DNA from: an uncultured Sulfuritalea sp.
Lineage (GTDB): Bacteria > Pseudomonadota > Gammaproteobacteria > Burkholderiales > Rhodocyclaceae
Length of the DNA stretch: 41,493 bases
Direction: 5' to 3'
Assembly (NCBI GenBank): GCA_964397005.1
Contig: CAYNGV010000001.1
Location: forward strand, 1-41,493
Below, in pieces: positions 10,435 to 21,038 of this stretch. The first letter of the stretch is position 1, and every line of letters begins with the position of its first letter. Both the position numbers and the translations under genes were made by a program. Below the pieces are notes generated by a model. That model had not been told where the DNA came from. It saw nothing but the letters and a program-made list of their open reading frames with translations, and did no database searches.

Positions 10435-13269
10435 TCAGAACTCCTCCCACTGCTCGCCGGCATCGGCCAGATGGGGCGGCGCAATTATCCTGGCCATCCC
10501 CGGTTTGACCTGTGGGCGACCGCCGTCCGCCAGTTGCCGCGGCGTCGCGTCACGCAGCGCCGGTGCGGGCATCATGCTGCGTCCACCACCCTCCGCCAGT
10601 TTGAACACACTCATGGTCTGCACCAGACCGCGCGTCTGCTCTTCCAGGCTCTCGGCCGCCGCCGCTGCTTCTTCCACCAGCGCGGCGTTTTGCTGGGTCA
10701 CTTCATCCATCAGGCTTACCGACTGCGTGGTTTGCTCGATGCCCGAACTCTGCTCACGCGAGGCCGTGGCGATTTCAGTCACCAGACTGGCCACCTGCTG
10801 GAAGCTGGTCACCACTTCTTCCATGGTGCTGCCCGCCTGCTGCACCAGCCTGGCGCCGCTTTCCACCTTGTCTACCGACTCGGCAATCAATGTCTTGATT
10901 TCCTTCGCCGCCATGGCGCTGCGCTGCGCCAGGTTGCGCACTTCCGTTGCAACCACCGCGAAACCGCGCCCCTGCTCGCCGGCACGTGCCGCTTCCACCG
11001 CCGCGTTCAGGGCCAGGATGTTGGTCTGGAAGGCGATGCTGTCAATGACGCCGATGATGTCCGATATCTTTTTCGAACTGGTCTGGATCTCGCCCATGGT
11101 GACCACCACCTGCTTCACCACTTCGCCGCCCTTCACCACGCCGGAATTGGATGTCTTGGCCAGTTCGTTGGCCTGTCTGGCGTTTTCGGCGTTCTGCTTG
11201 ACCGTGGCGTTGAGTTGCTCCATGGCGGACGAGGTTTCTTCGAGGCTGCTGGCCTGCTCTTCGGTACGACTCGACAGATCCTGGTTGCCGGCGGCGATTT
11301 CCTGCGATGCAATGTTGATTGCTTCCGTTGCGTCCTTGATCCGCCCCACCACTTCACGCAAACGCTCGATGGTGGTATTGGTATCGTCCTTCAACTGACC
11401 GAAGATGCCCTGATAGTCGGCTTCGATCTTCTGTGTCAGGTCGCCCGCCGCCACCAATTGCAGTACCCGGGCTACGTCCGACAGGCCGGTCTGCGTGACA
11501 TCGGACAACTGGTTGAGGCCTTCGGCCAACTGGCGGAAGAAGCCTTCCTTGCCTTCCAGGCTGAGGCGCACCACAAAGTCTCCGCGCAGTGCGCCGTCGA
11601 CGATGTTCGCAACTTCCTTCTCGATCAGCACTTCCGGCGTGCGATCGAGCCATTCGGCGACGGCACCCAGCCGCTCGTTCCTGTCGTTAATCACCGGACT
11701 GGCGGTCACTCGAAGATAACGACCCCCAATCTCGAAGTTGGCCGCATGGGTGCTGGTGAAATTCGCCAGCAGGTCCGCCTGGTGTTTCGGATTCTTGTGG
11801 TAACTGTCGATGTTGGTGCCCATCATCTTGTCGGCATCGAAGTTCGGCAACTGCTGCCGGATCGCCGACTCGGCGCCCTTGAGAATCTTCTGCACCGACT
11901 TGTTGGCGTAGATGATCGTCCGTTCGTTGTTGGCAATCATCACGCCGGTGCTGACATTGTCGAGCGCGATCCTGATGCGCAGGTTCTCGTCGGAAAGGCG
12001 CCTGGCCTCGGCAATGTCGAAGCCGAGCCTGGTCTGCATGACTTCCAGGCTTTGCAGGAACTTGCCGGTCTCGTCGTTCCGGGTGATGTCGATCAAGTTG
12101 CGGTACTCGCCCTGACCGATCCGCGCAAAGATGTCTCTGGCCTGGTTCAGCGGCCCGGTAATGGCGCGAATCAGCACCGTGGCTGCGCTCAGGGACAGCA
12201 GCAGGCCGAGGATTATCAGCGTGATCGCCGCGCCGCGGCTGTTTTCATAACGCGCGGCGGCGTCGGCGAACTCGCGCTTGGCGCCGTCGACGTGAAACAT
12301 GCGCAGGTTGTTGATAAGCTCAAACATTTTGCTATTGAGGGACTCGGTCTTTTCGAGGTAAATCCTGCGCGCCTCGTCGACATTGCCCGCCTTGAGCTGC
12401 TCCATGATCGCCAGCGGACCTTCCTTGACGAAGTTGCCGCGATAGGCGACGTAGCGCTCGAAAATCCGGTTCTGCTCGGGATCGGCGATGCGCGCCTTGT
12501 AGTCCTCGGCCAACCTGGAATTCGTCGCCATGTTGGCCGTCATCTCCTCGGCTTTTTTCGCCACGTTTTCCGGCGTCGGATCGATCAGCGCTTCCTCCGT
12601 CAGGATGCGATTGCGCAACACCGTGCGGTTGATCTCGGTGACGTCAAACATGCCGATCATGTGCAGCTGGTACACGTCGCGCAGGCCGTCGTTACTCTTG
12701 CTCATGCCGGAAAGGACCATCAGGCCTATCGCCAGCAACATCGCCGAGAGGATCAGCATCACCCAGCTCAGCTTGGCCTTGATGCTCATGTCGGCGAATT
12801 TGCCTCCGATCCCGGCGCCCGAAACCATGCGCCCGAGTTCGATGCGCATGCCACCTTGCCGGTTCTCGCGGAACTGCCGATAGACCGCTTCGGTGGCATC
12901 GATCTGCTGGCGGCTGGGCTTCTTGCGCATCGACATGTAGCCGACATGCTGATTGTTTTCGTACAGCGGCATGGCGTGGGCTTCGACCCAGTAGTAGTCG
13001 CCGTTCTTGCAGCGGTTCTTGACCAGGCCAACCCACGGTCGACCCGCCTTCAGCGTGCGCCAAAAGTCGGCAAAAGCCGCCTCGGGCATGTCCGGATGGC
13101 GCACGATGTTGTGCGGCTGCCCAATCAGTTCGGCTTCGGTAAAACCGCTGATGTCCAGGAAGTCCCTGTTGGCATAGGTAATCTGGCCCTTGAGATCGGT
13201 CTTGGACACGATCATCTGGTCGTCGCGGAGAACAACTTCGTTCTGGGTCACGGGCAGGTTGCTTCTCAT
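10435..13269 (-). CDS. Multidomain MCP: Aer-type PAS, TM, 4-helix periplasmic domain, TM, HAMP, Aer2-type PAS, HAMP, signalling domain, QWEEF tail (944 aa)
   Basis: [34 protein letters not shown]; second [15 protein letters not shown]; [26 protein letters not shown]; start ATG 13269 after AGGAG. Confidence 0.92.
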   Translation of the reverse strand: MRSNLPVTQNEVVLRDDQMIVSKTDLKGQITYANRDFLDISGFTEAELIGQPHNIVRHPDMPEAAFADFWRTLKAGRPWVGLVKNRCKNGDYYWVEAHAMPLYENNQHVGYMSMRKKPSRQQIDATEAVYRQFRENRQGGMRIELGRMVSGAGIGGKFADMSIKAKLSWVMLILSAMLLAIGLMVLSGMSKSNDGLRDVYQLHMIGMFDVTEINRTVLRNRILTEEALIDPTPENVAKKAEEMTANMATNSRLAEDYKARIADPEQNRIFERYVAYRGNFVKEGPLAIMEQLKAGNVDEARRIYLEKTESLNSKMFELINNLRMFHVDGAKREFADAAARYENSRGAAITLIILGLLLSLSAATVLIRAITGPLNQARDIFARIGQGEYRNLIDITRNDETGKFLQSLEVMQTRLGFDIAEARRLSDENLRIRIALDNVSTGVMIANNERTIIYANKSVQKILKGAESAIRQQLPNFDADKMMGTNIDSYHKNPKHQADLLANFTSTHAANFEIGGRYLRVTASPVINDRNERLGAVAEWLDRTPEVLIEKEVANIVDGALRGDFVVRLSLEGKEGFFRQLAEGLNQLSDVTQTGLSDVARVLQLVAAGDLTQKIEADYQGIFGQLKDDTNTTIERLREVVGRIKDATEAINIASQEIAAGNQDLSSRTEEQASSLEETSSAMEQLNATVKQNAENARQANELAKTSNSGVVKGGEVVKQVVVTMGEIQTSSKKISDIIGVIDSIAFQTNILALNAAVEAARAGEQGRGFAVVATEVRNLAQRSAMAAKEIKTLIAESVDKVESGARLVQQAGSTMEEVVTSFQQVASLVTEIATASREQSSGIEQTTQSVSLMDEVTQQNAALVEEAAAAAESLEEQTRGLVQTMSVFKLAEGGGRSMMPAPALRDATPRQLADGGRPQVKPGMARIIAPPHLADAGEQWEEF

Positions 13270-13306
13270 GTTCCTGGCTCCTTTTCGGTGCGGCTCGCTG
13301 AGCGTT

Positions 13307-13819
13307 CTAGGCGTTCTGGGCGGCGTCAACCAATGCCATCTCATGGGACAGCATCAGCCGCTCTATATCGACCACGATGAGCATGCGCTCGTCGAGCGTA
13401 CATAGGCCGTTGATGTATTTGGTGTCGACCGTCGCCGCGAATTCGGGCGCGGGGCGGATCTGCTCCTGGCGCAGCCTGGTGACGTCGGACACGCTGTCGA
13501 CCACGATGCCGACCACGCGCGAGCCGATGTTGAGAATGATCACCACGGTAAAGGGCGTGTAGTCGGCCTTGCCGACATTGAACTTGATGCGCAAATCGAC
13601 AATGGGCACGATGGTGCCGCGCAGGTTGAGCACACCCTTGAGAAACCGGGGCGCATTGGCGATGGTGGTCGGCGGCTCGTAGCCGCGTATTTCCTGCACC
13701 TTGAGGATATCGATCGCATACTCCTCCGGCCCCAGGGTGTAGGTCAGGTATTCCTGGACGTAGCCACCCTCCTCGCCGGCGCCCTTGCCCATGGCTGCAT
13801 GCTGTTCCGGAACCATCAT
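13307..13819 (-). CDS. cheW: Chemotaxis coupling protein CheW
   Basis: [42 protein letters not shown]. Confidence 0.96.
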   Translation of the reverse strand: MMVPEQHAAMGKGAGEEGGYVQEYLTYTLGPEEYAIDILKVQEIRGYEPPTTIANAPRFLKGVLNLRGTIVPIVDLRIKFNVGKADYTPFTVVIILNIGSRVVGIVVDSVSDVTRLRQEQIRPAPEFAATVDTKYINGLCTLDERMLIVVDIERLMLSHEMALVDAAQNA

Positions 13820-13852
13820 CGTCTCCTCGCTCCCTTGTTCGCCGGCGTGTTG

Positions 13853-15979
13853 TCAGGCTGCCGCCGGCAGGGCGCTTTTCGCCATCTGCACCAGCGCCGC
13901 CACATCCAGAATCAGGGCGACATGACCATCGCCCATGATAGTCGCACCCGATATGCCGGCGACTTTGCGGTAATTCGACTCCAGGCTCTTGATCACCACC
14001 TGATGCTGGCCGACCAGCGCATCGATGAACAGCGCCGCCTTCACGCCGTCAACCTCGAGCACCACCATGATCCCCTGATCGAGCCGCGTGATGGTACCGG
14101 GAATACCGAATACCTCGTACAAGGCCACCACCGGCAGGTATTCGCCGCGCACCTGAACCAGCCGCTCGACACCCGACACGCTCTTGATCATGCCGCGCTC
14201 GGCCTGCAGCGATTCAATGACATAGCCGAGCGGAATGATGTAGGTCTCCTTGCCCGCGGCAACCGACAAGCCATCGAGAATCGCCAGGGTGAGCGGCAGG
14301 CGCACCGTCATGCGGGTACCGATGCCGGTCATGGATTCGATCTCGACCCGGCCGCCCATCGCGCTGATGTTGCGCTTGACCACGTCCATGCCGACGCCGC
14401 GTCCGGAGACTTCGGTGACGACGTCCGCGGTGGAAAAACCCGGTTCGAAAATCAGCAGCCAGACCTCGCCATCGGTCATCTGGTCATGCACGGCAAGGCC
14501 CTTTTCACGGGCCTTGCCAAGAATTTTTTCGCGATTCAGTCCGGCACCGTCGTCACCGACCTCGATGACGATGTTGCCGCTCTGGTGGTAGGCCTTGAGG
14601 GTAATGATGCCTACCGGCGACTTGCCCCTGGCGATGCGGTCCCCGGGCATCTCGACACCATGATCGAGGCTGTTGCGTACCAGGTGGGTCAGGGGGTCGC
14701 TGATGCGCTCGATCAGGCTCTTGTCGAGTTCGGTGCCTTCGCCAAGCGTCTTGAGTTCGATCTGTTTGCCCAGCTTCTGGGCCAGATCGCGCACCACGCG
14801 CGGGAAGCGTGTGAACACCACGGAGATCGGCATCATGCGGATCGCCATGACCGACTCCTGCATGTCACGCGTATTGCGTTCCAATTGCGCCAGCCCGTTG
14901 TGCAGCCGCTCGAACTCGACCGGATCGAGCGTCGAGGCACTTTGCGCCAGCATTGCTTGAGTGATCACCAGTTCGCCGATCAGATTGATCAGCTGATCGA
15001 CTTTGTCGACGTCGACGCGAATCGAGGTTTCCCCACCCCCGGCAGGCTTGGGCGCGGCACGCCTGGCGGCTCCCGACATTTCGGTCGGTTCCGCGGCGGG
15101 GGTCGGCACATCGACAAAGAATCCGAAGCCATCGCCTTCGCTTCCTGCCTGGGCGGATAAAGTTATGCCTCCGGCGGAGCCGGGGGCGGTATCCAGGGAC
15201 GGCGCTGGCGGGACGGCGGCCTTGGGTTCGTCGCTGAAAAGGCCCCATGACTCATCTGCTTCGATCTTTGGCGCGGCCGGTGCATCATTGAAGAAACCAT
15301 AGGCGCCATCATCTGTTGTCGCAATGGAGCCCGCCGGTCGGATGCGAATGCTGTCACTGCGGGCAACAAACTCCAGCATGCCGCGCACGATTTCCGGATC
15401 CGCCTCGGCCGCGACACGCAAACACCACCGATCGTCAGCGGCATTTGCCCGTGCAATCACTTCAACAGTCCAGTGCTGACCCAGCTCCGCAACAAGATTT
15501 TCGACCGCCTTGGTGGCGGCGTCTCCGTCCAGGTCAAGCACAAAGCTGGCATCCAGCGCTTTCGCCGGCATCGCCGGCGCCGGGGACGATGCGCTTGCCG
15601 TCAGCCCGGAAAGGCGCTTGCACATCGGCGCGACCTGCGACGGGTCTGCCTCACCATCGCCACGATGCGCGGCCAGCAAGTGCTTCAGGACATCGCCGGC
15701 ATCCAGAAAGGTATCGATCATCTCCGGACGCAAGGCCAGTTCGCCCTTGCGGATGCGATCCAGCAGGTTTTCGAGGACGTGGGTGACTTCGGCCAGATCG
15801 GTAAAGCCGAACGTGCCGGCCGAACCCTTGATCGAATGCGCCGCGCGAAAGATCGCGTTGAGCTGCTCTGGATCGGGGTCGCCAAGGTCCAGCTCCAGCA
15901 GCAGGGATTCCATGTCGTCGAGGTGTTCCTGAGCTTCCTCGAAGAACACCTGATAGAACTGGCTCATGTCAATGGACAT
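13853..15979 (-). CDS. cheA: Chemotaxis histidine kinase CheA (F7/Che2/enteric-like)
   Basis: MSIDMSQFYQVFFEEA, IFRAAHSIKG, HLVRNSLDHG, SGRGVGMDVV, ISGATIMGDG. Confidence 0.96.
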   Translation of the reverse strand: MSIDMSQFYQVFFEEAQEHLDDMESLLLELDLGDPDPEQLNAIFRAAHSIKGSAGTFGFTDLAEVTHVLENLLDRIRKGELALRPEMIDTFLDAGDVLKHLLAAHRGDGEADPSQVAPMCKRLSGLTASASSPAPAMPAKALDASFVLDLDGDAATKAVENLVAELGQHWTVEVIARANAADDRWCLRVAAEADPEIVRGMLEFVARSDSIRIRPAGSIATTDDGAYGFFNDAPAAPKIEADESWGLFSDEPKAAVPPAPSLDTAPGSAGGITLSAQAGSEGDGFGFFVDVPTPAAEPTEMSGAARRAAPKPAGGGETSIRVDVDKVDQLINLIGELVITQAMLAQSASTLDPVEFERLHNGLAQLERNTRDMQESVMAIRMMPISVVFTRFPRVVRDLAQKLGKQIELKTLGEGTELDKSLIERISDPLTHLVRNSLDHGVEMPGDRIARGKSPVGIITLKAYHQSGNIVIEVGDDGAGLNREKILGKAREKGLAVHDQMTDGEVWLLIFEPGFSTADVVTEVSGRGVGMDVVKRNISAMGGRVEIESMTGIGTRMTVRLPLTLAILDGLSVAAGKETYIIPLGYVIESLQAERGMIKSVSGVERLVQVRGEYLPVVALYEVFGIPGTITRLDQGIMVVLEVDGVKAALFIDALVGQHQVVIKSLESNYRKVAGISGATIMGDGHVALILDVAALVQMAKSALPAAA

Positions 15980-16007
15980 GCTGCCTCCCGGTCACGGTTT
16001 GTGTGGT

Positions 16008-16373
16008 TTAGCCGATGACCTTTTTTACCACTTCGATCAGTTTCTGCGGATCGAAAGGCTTGACCAGCCAACCGGTGGCTCCCGCGGCCTTGCCTTGTGC
16101 CTTCATGTCGTCGGACGACTCGGTGGTCAGCATCAGAATCGGGGTCGTCGAATACTGCGCCAGGGCACGGAGATTCCTGATCAGAGTCAGCCCGTCCATG
16201 CGCGGCATGTTCTGGTCGGTAAGGATGAGGTTGAAGCTCTTTGATTTGGCTTTTTCGAGTCCATCCATGCCATCGACGGCCTCGACCACGTCATAGCCGG
16301 AACTCTTGAGGATAAAGGCCACCATCTGGCGGATGGAAGCGGAATCATCAACGGCAAGAATGGCTTTGGACAT
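16008..16373 (-). CDS. cheY: Single-domain response regulator (CheY2/F7-type)
   Basis: LAVDDSASIRQMV, TDQNMPRMDG, GATGWLVKPF; directly upstream of cheA. Confidence 0.9.
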   Translation of the reverse strand: MSKAILAVDDSASIRQMVAFILKSSGYDVVEAVDGMDGLEKAKSKSFNLILTDQNMPRMDGLTLIRNLRALAQYSTTPILMLTTESSDDMKAQGKAAGATGWLVKPFDPQKLIEVVKKVIG

Positions 16374-16409
16374 ATGCGAACTCCATTAAGTAACACGCGG
16401 TAGCAACAA

Positions 16410-17627
16410 TCAAAACAACTCTATGCCACCCTGATTCAAGCCCTTCTGGCTGACCGGACTGTTCCCGGTCAGTTGCTCGATATCCCTGAGCCGATCCGCA
16501 ACGTGGCGGGTTTCCGCTTGCAGGGATCGCATCGCATCCGCGGCGGCCGTCTCCGCGTTGTGCTGCAGGCTCTGCGCCAACTCGCCCAGATGTCGCGAGG
16601 CCTCGTCGATCGCATCAACCCGCCGTCCGACATGGCCGAGCAGCTGAGACACGATGTCCTGGAACTGCAATGCGGTCACCGCGCGGCCAATCTGCGCATC
16701 GACGTCGTCGGCGATACCGCCGAGCTGCCCCAGGGCAACAATGCGCTGCTGATTCTGCGCCTCCATGGTGGAAATGATCTCCTCGACCCGCTTCTTCGAC
16801 TCGAAGGCAAAGCCGAGATCCTGACCGGACATGCGCTGGATGGCCACTTCGGTCTGCTTGACGGTGACCTGCATGTTCTGGATCACCTTGTTGATCTGCT
16901 GGCTGAACTGCGCCGTGCGCTCCGAAAGGGTTCGCACTTCGTCGGCCACCACGGCAAACCCGCGCCCGGCTTCGCCGGCACGCGCCGCTTCGATGGCGGC
17001 ATTCAGTGCCAGCAGGTTGGTCTGCTTGGCGATCGCGCCGATTTCGGACAGGATCGACTGCACGTCCTGCGTTCGCGCCGAAATGTTCTCGGTCAAGTCG
17101 ACCAGTTCCATCCCCAGCTTGCTGTTGCCGACAATGTTGTCCACCACCCGTTGCATCACGGCCGAAGTGTCCGTGACGAAATTGTCGAACTGGCGAGCGT
17201 TGCTTTCGCTGTCGCCTTCCGCCGCGACGGAAACCGTCACATCACGTTGCCGACGGGTATGCTCGTGCATGCTGTGGAAGCTGTCCGTCAGGCTGGCAAT
17301 GGCCGCCGACAACAAGGCCTGCACCTGGGAAAGTTCACCGCGCGCGACATCCATCTGCTTCGCAAACTGGCTCGAACACTCCTCCAGCAGGCGGCGAAAC
17401 TCCACCAGCAGCGCCTGCTCTTCATCCTTGATGCGCTGCTCTTCCTCGGCAAGCCTGGTGGAGTCGTTGCCCGACAAGGCCGCAATGGCCTGCCAGCCAA
17501 TCCCGACCAGCAGCAGGGCGACCCATGTCGAAAGGCCGAGGCCGCCACCGGAAGCAAGCGAAGCCCCGCTGCCGACCAGAATGACCCAGCCGAGCCCGAG
17601 CCCGAGATTCTTGTTGATGAAATTCAT
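16410..17627 (-). CDS. MCP lacking a sensor domain (McpA/CttP-like), C-terminal GGIELF (405 aa)
   Basis: Two adjacent TM helices, [35 protein letters not shown]; start moved to ATG 17627 downstream of motB. Confidence 0.88.
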   Translation of the reverse strand: MNFINKNLGLGLGWVILVGSGASLASGGGLGLSTWVALLLVGIGWQAIAALSGNDSTRLAEEEQRIKDEEQALLVEFRRLLEECSSQFAKQMDVARGELSQVQALLSAAIASLTDSFHSMHEHTRRQRDVTVSVAAEGDSESNARQFDNFVTDTSAVMQRVVDNIVGNSKLGMELVDLTENISARTQDVQSILSEIGAIAKQTNLLALNAAIEAARAGEAGRGFAVVADEVRTLSERTAQFSQQINKVIQNMQVTVKQTEVAIQRMSGQDLGFAFESKKRVEEIISTMEAQNQQRIVALGQLGGIADDVDAQIGRAVTALQFQDIVSQLLGHVGRRVDAIDEASRHLGELAQSLQHNAETAAADAMRSLQAETRHVADRLRDIEQLTGNSPVSQKGLNQGGIELF

Positions 17628-17649
17628 GGTGGATGGATTCAGCTCAGGT

Positions 17650-18591
17650 TTATCGGGCCGCCGCGGCAGCCGGGGCATTGATATTTTGGATGTCAGTGTC
17701 CTTCGCGCTGTCGTCGTCCGTCTGCCGGCCGTCGGCGAGGATCGCTTCCTCGGTGCGCTTGTTGAGGACAACGATGCTGATGCGACGATTGTTCGGACTG
17801 TAGGGCTGCTGCTTGTCGAAAAGGGCGGTCGAGGCAAGGCCGATCACGCGCATGATCTTGGCATCGTCCATGCCACCGGCCACCATCTCGCGACGCGACG
17901 CGTTGGCGCGATTGGTCGACAATTCCCAGTTGCCGAAGCCCCGGTCGCCGCCGGCAAAGGGTTGCGCGTCCGTGTGCCCGGAAAGGCTGATGCGATTCTC
18001 CACCTTGTTCAGGGCCACGCCGATTTCCCGCAGAATGACCCGTGTGTAGGGCTTCACGTCGGAACTGGCCGAATCGAACATGGGACGATTCTTGTCGTCC
18101 ACGATCTGGATGCGCAGACCTTCGGTGGTGATGTCGAGCAGCAACTGGTTCTTGAACTGGCTCAGCGCCGGGCTGGCATCGATCAACCGCTCGAGTTCGC
18201 CCTTCAGGCTCTCCAGGCGGGTCTTCTCTATCCGCTCGAAATCCGCCTTGAGCTGTTGCAGATTGATGGTCTTCTTTTCCGCTACGACATCGCCTTTCTT
18301 GACCTGGCCGTGGGTCGCCGTCAGATCCCTGCCGCCGCCCGCGATCACGGAAGAGGAGTCGCCCGAACCGGAACCGCCCCCCATGGAAACCTTCATCGGA
18401 TTCTGAAAGAATTCGGCAATGCCGTTGAGATCACCCTGCGAGGTCGAGCCCAGCAGCCACATCAGCAGGAAGAAGGCCATCATGGCCGTGACGAAGTCGG
18501 CGTAGGCGATCTTCCAGGCGCCGCCGTGCGCGCCGGCACCGCCCTTCTTGATTTTCTTTACGACGATCGGTTGCTGGGTGTCGTCACTCAT
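17650..18591 (-). CDS. motB: Flagellar stator protein MotB
   Basis: [25 protein letters not shown], OmpA-like [18 protein letters not shown]. Confidence 0.97.
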   Translation of the reverse strand: MSDDTQQPIVVKKIKKGGAGAHGGAWKIAYADFVTAMMAFFLLMWLLGSTSQGDLNGIAEFFQNPMKVSMGGGSGSGDSSSVIAGGGRDLTATHGQVKKGDVVAEKKTINLQQLKADFERIEKTRLESLKGELERLIDASPALSQFKNQLLLDITTEGLRIQIVDDKNRPMFDSASSDVKPYTRVILREIGVALNKVENRISLSGHTDAQPFAGGDRGFGNWELSTNRANASRREMVAGGMDDAKIMRVIGLASTALFDKQQPYSPNNRRISIVVLNKRTEEAILADGRQTDDDSAKDTDIQNINAPAAAAAR

Positions 18592-18620
18592 CGTCGGTCG
18601 CTCGCGTCAGGGGACAGCCC

Positions 18621-19478
18621 TTACTTGCCCTTGCGCGCCTTGAGATCCTCTTCCAACTCGAGGAAGGTTGGCCGGTCGCCCGAGTAGAGCACCTTGCGCC
18701 CGAACTCGACGGCCACCTGCGGCGCATAGCCATTCATGCTGGCCAGCAGCACGGACTTGATGACCTGGAAGATCTTTCCTTCTTCTTCGCATTTCTGTTC
18801 CAGCTGCCCGGCAACCGGCGCCACGAAACCGTATGAAACCAGGATGCCGAGAAAGGTGCCGACCAGCGCGCCGCCGATCATCTTGCCGAGCACGGCCGGC
18901 GGCGAACCAACCGACCCCATGACATTCACCACCCCCATCACGGCCACCACGATGCCGAATGCGGGCACGGCATCGGCCACCTTTGACATCACGTGCGCGG
19001 GCACGTGAGCCTCCTGGTGATGGGTTTCGATCTCGATGTCCATCAGGTTCTCGATTTCGAAGGCATTCAGATTGCCGCCGACCATCATGCGCAGATAGTC
19101 GCAGATGAACTCCATGACGTGATGATCGTGCTGGATCTTGGGATACTTGCCGAAGATGGCGCTGCCCTCGGGGTTCTCGATGTCGCCTTCGACGGACATC
19201 AGACCCTCCTTGCGCACCTTGGAGAGGATCTCATAGAGCATGGCCAGCAGATCCATGTAGAGCGCCTTGTTCAGGTGCGAACCCTTCAGCACGCCCGGCA
19301 AAGCCTTGAGGGTGGCCTTGACGGCCTTGCTGCCGTTGGCGGCGATGAAGCCACCGATGGTGAGCCCCACAATCGCCAGGTATTCCATCGGCACCCACAG
19401 CGCAGCGAGGCTGCCATGCACGGCGTAGGTGCCGAGAGAAGCTACCAGAATGATCACGTACCCAACGAGCAGTAACAT
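18621..19478 (-). CDS. motA: Flagellar stator protein MotA
   Basis: KVRKEGLMSVE, PAFGIVVAVMG, ALVGTFLGIL, PQVAVEFGRK. Confidence 0.97.
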   Translation of the reverse strand: MLLLVGYVIILVASLGTYAVHGSLAALWVPMEYLAIVGLTIGGFIAANGSKAVKATLKALPGVLKGSHLNKALYMDLLAMLYEILSKVRKEGLMSVEGDIENPEGSAIFGKYPKIQHDHHVMEFICDYLRMMVGGNLNAFEIENLMDIEIETHHQEAHVPAHVMSKVADAVPAFGIVVAVMGVVNVMGSVGSPPAVLGKMIGGALVGTFLGILVSYGFVAPVAGQLEQKCEEEGKIFQVIKSVLLASMNGYAPQVAVEFGRKVLYSGDRPTFLELEEDLKARKGK

Positions 19479-19637
19479 CTTTTACCCTACCCCGAGCTAT
19501 TGTTTTTCCTGCGCGGCACTACGACCGCGCCGCTTGCGTGAACCGCAATCATAACGGCAAACAGCGGGCTCGCGACAATCGATGTCGAGAGTCGGCGCCG
19601 GCGGCACGCCAAAGCGGGACCCGGCGGGAACGCGCAT

Positions 19638-19676
19638 AACAAAACGCGCTCCTTCCGGCCTGCCGGAGGAGCGCGT
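19638..19676 (-). terminator. Probable intrinsic terminator after flhC
   Basis: Stem ACGCGCTCC(T)TCCGGC/GCCGGAGGAGCGCGT (19644-19676) followed on the minus strand by TTTGTT. Confidence 0.75.
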
Positions 19677-19719
19677 CGGGCAACGCGGGATCTACTGGAC
19701 GATCAGGCCTGCACGCCGC

Positions 19720-20277
19720 TCAAGCAACCGCGACTGCCGCGCATGCTGCAGCCGCTTCGGCGGCGCGGCGCGTCTTGCCTGCACGGGCCGGCATGTGGCA
19801 GAGGCCGCAGACATAGCCGCGGGTGGGATCGTAAGCGTGAGCGACGAATTCGCCCCCGCATTCGCGGCAGGTGGCCATCTGCAGCATGTTGGCATCGAAA
19901 AAGCGCACCATGGTCCATGCCCGCGTCAGCGAAAGCACGGTATCCATGCCGCCGCGCTTGATCTGGTCGAGATACATCCGGTACGACTTGATGATCAGTT
20001 CCAGCCCGGTCAGCTGCGTATGCGTCTTGAGAAAACGGAAATAGGCCATGAACAGCGAGGCGTGAATATTCGGCTGCCAGGTCATGAACCAGTCGGTCGA
20101 GAAGGGCAGCATGCCCTTCGGCGGCGACTCGTGGCGGACTTCCTTGTAGAGCTTGAGCAGCCGCTCGCGGGAGAGGTTGGTCTCCGCCTCCAGCAATTGC
20201 AGGCGGGCGCCGAGCTCGATCAACTCGATCGCCAGTCCGATATCCTTCGCTTCGATGATGACTGACTTGTTACGCAT
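19720..20277 (-). CDS. flhC: Flagellar master regulator FlhC
   Basis: LGARLQLLE, SPPKGMLPFSTDWF, Zn ligands CRECGG..CGLC. Confidence 0.97.
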   Translation of the reverse strand: MRNKSVIIEAKDIGLAIELIELGARLQLLEAETNLSRERLLKLYKEVRHESPPKGMLPFSTDWFMTWQPNIHASLFMAYFRFLKTHTQLTGLELIIKSYRMYLDQIKRGGMDTVLSLTRAWTMVRFFDANMLQMATCRECGGEFVAHAYDPTRGYVCGLCHMPARAGKTRRAAEAAAACAAVAVA

Positions 20278-20321
20278 GGTGAACCTCCGCAGCTTGTCGC
20301 TAGAATCGAATGACAGCCTTC

Positions 20322-20642
20322 TCAGGCCATTGTCGCCACCGGCCTGCCCGCGGCGAGGATCGCCGCATGCAGGTGTCCCACGCCGCGATCACGTTCGTGA
20401 TTGGCAAGCAGGTCGAGCAACAGGGTGTCTTCAAAGCGGAAGTTGCACAGCAGCATGTCGGAGCTGGCCATTTTCAGCACCTGGCCCGGCGTGAGACGCG
20501 TGAGCACATCGGCAATCTCTTCGCTGATGCCCAGTCGGAAAATGGCCGCTTCGCGATCCGAGCGAACCATGTTCTGCGCCAGCATCAGATAGGAGAGATT
20601 GACTTCCTTTATGTCGTTGTAAGTGTCGGTCGATTTCATCAT
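20322..20642 (-). CDS. flhD: Flagellar master regulator FlhD
   Basis: NLSYLMLAQ, AIFRLGI, LCNFRF, HAAILA; upstream of flhC. Confidence 0.96.
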   Translation of the reverse strand: MMKSTDTYNDIKEVNLSYLMLAQNMVRSDREAAIFRLGISEEIADVLTRLTPGQVLKMASSDMLLCNFRFEDTLLLDLLANHERDRGVGHLHAAILAAGRPVATMA

Positions 20643-20699
20643 GCACTCCTCGTGAGCGCCGGTCAGACCCGAATTGGAGCCCGAATCACGGCAGATACA

Positions 20700-20900
20700 T
20701 AGTCACACAGGGCATGACAAGAAAGAAATCAATGGAAAAACCAATCTGTTGTAAGAATTAGATAGAGCAGCTTTGTAAGCAAAAGCATTACAAAAACATC
20801 TTATCTTATTGTTTATTAATGATTTATCAGCTTACTCTGAAGCGAAAATCGACGCTTTCGGCAATTACCACCATCCTCATGCTTAAAAAGAAATATCGCT
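20700..20900 (-). promoter_or_regulatory. AT-rich flhDC upstream region with TTTGTAA-N9-TTACAAA palindrome (20772-20794)
   Basis: Clear drop in GC; inverted repeat read directly. Confidence 0.55.
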
Positions 20901-21038
20901 AAACAAGGACGTAGGGGCCGGAGCTTCAGTGAAGTCTCATGTCTGGTGTGGCACACCCGGCGCCGGAACCAAAACACTGGCGGCTGCCGTCCCAGGGAGC
21001 GCCGATTGGCACGCTAGAATAAGGCGATGGATCCGGCG

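Noticed and set aside
10471-13380. Long antisense ORFs (also 34-1233, 16831-18687, 22337-25063, 28979-31744)
   Set aside because: Shadow frames of high-GC genes; no recognisable motifs.
19549-19580. Possible sigma28 -10 (GCCGTTAT, minus strand) upstream of motA
   Set aside because: No matching TAAA/TCAAG -35 at the expected spacing.
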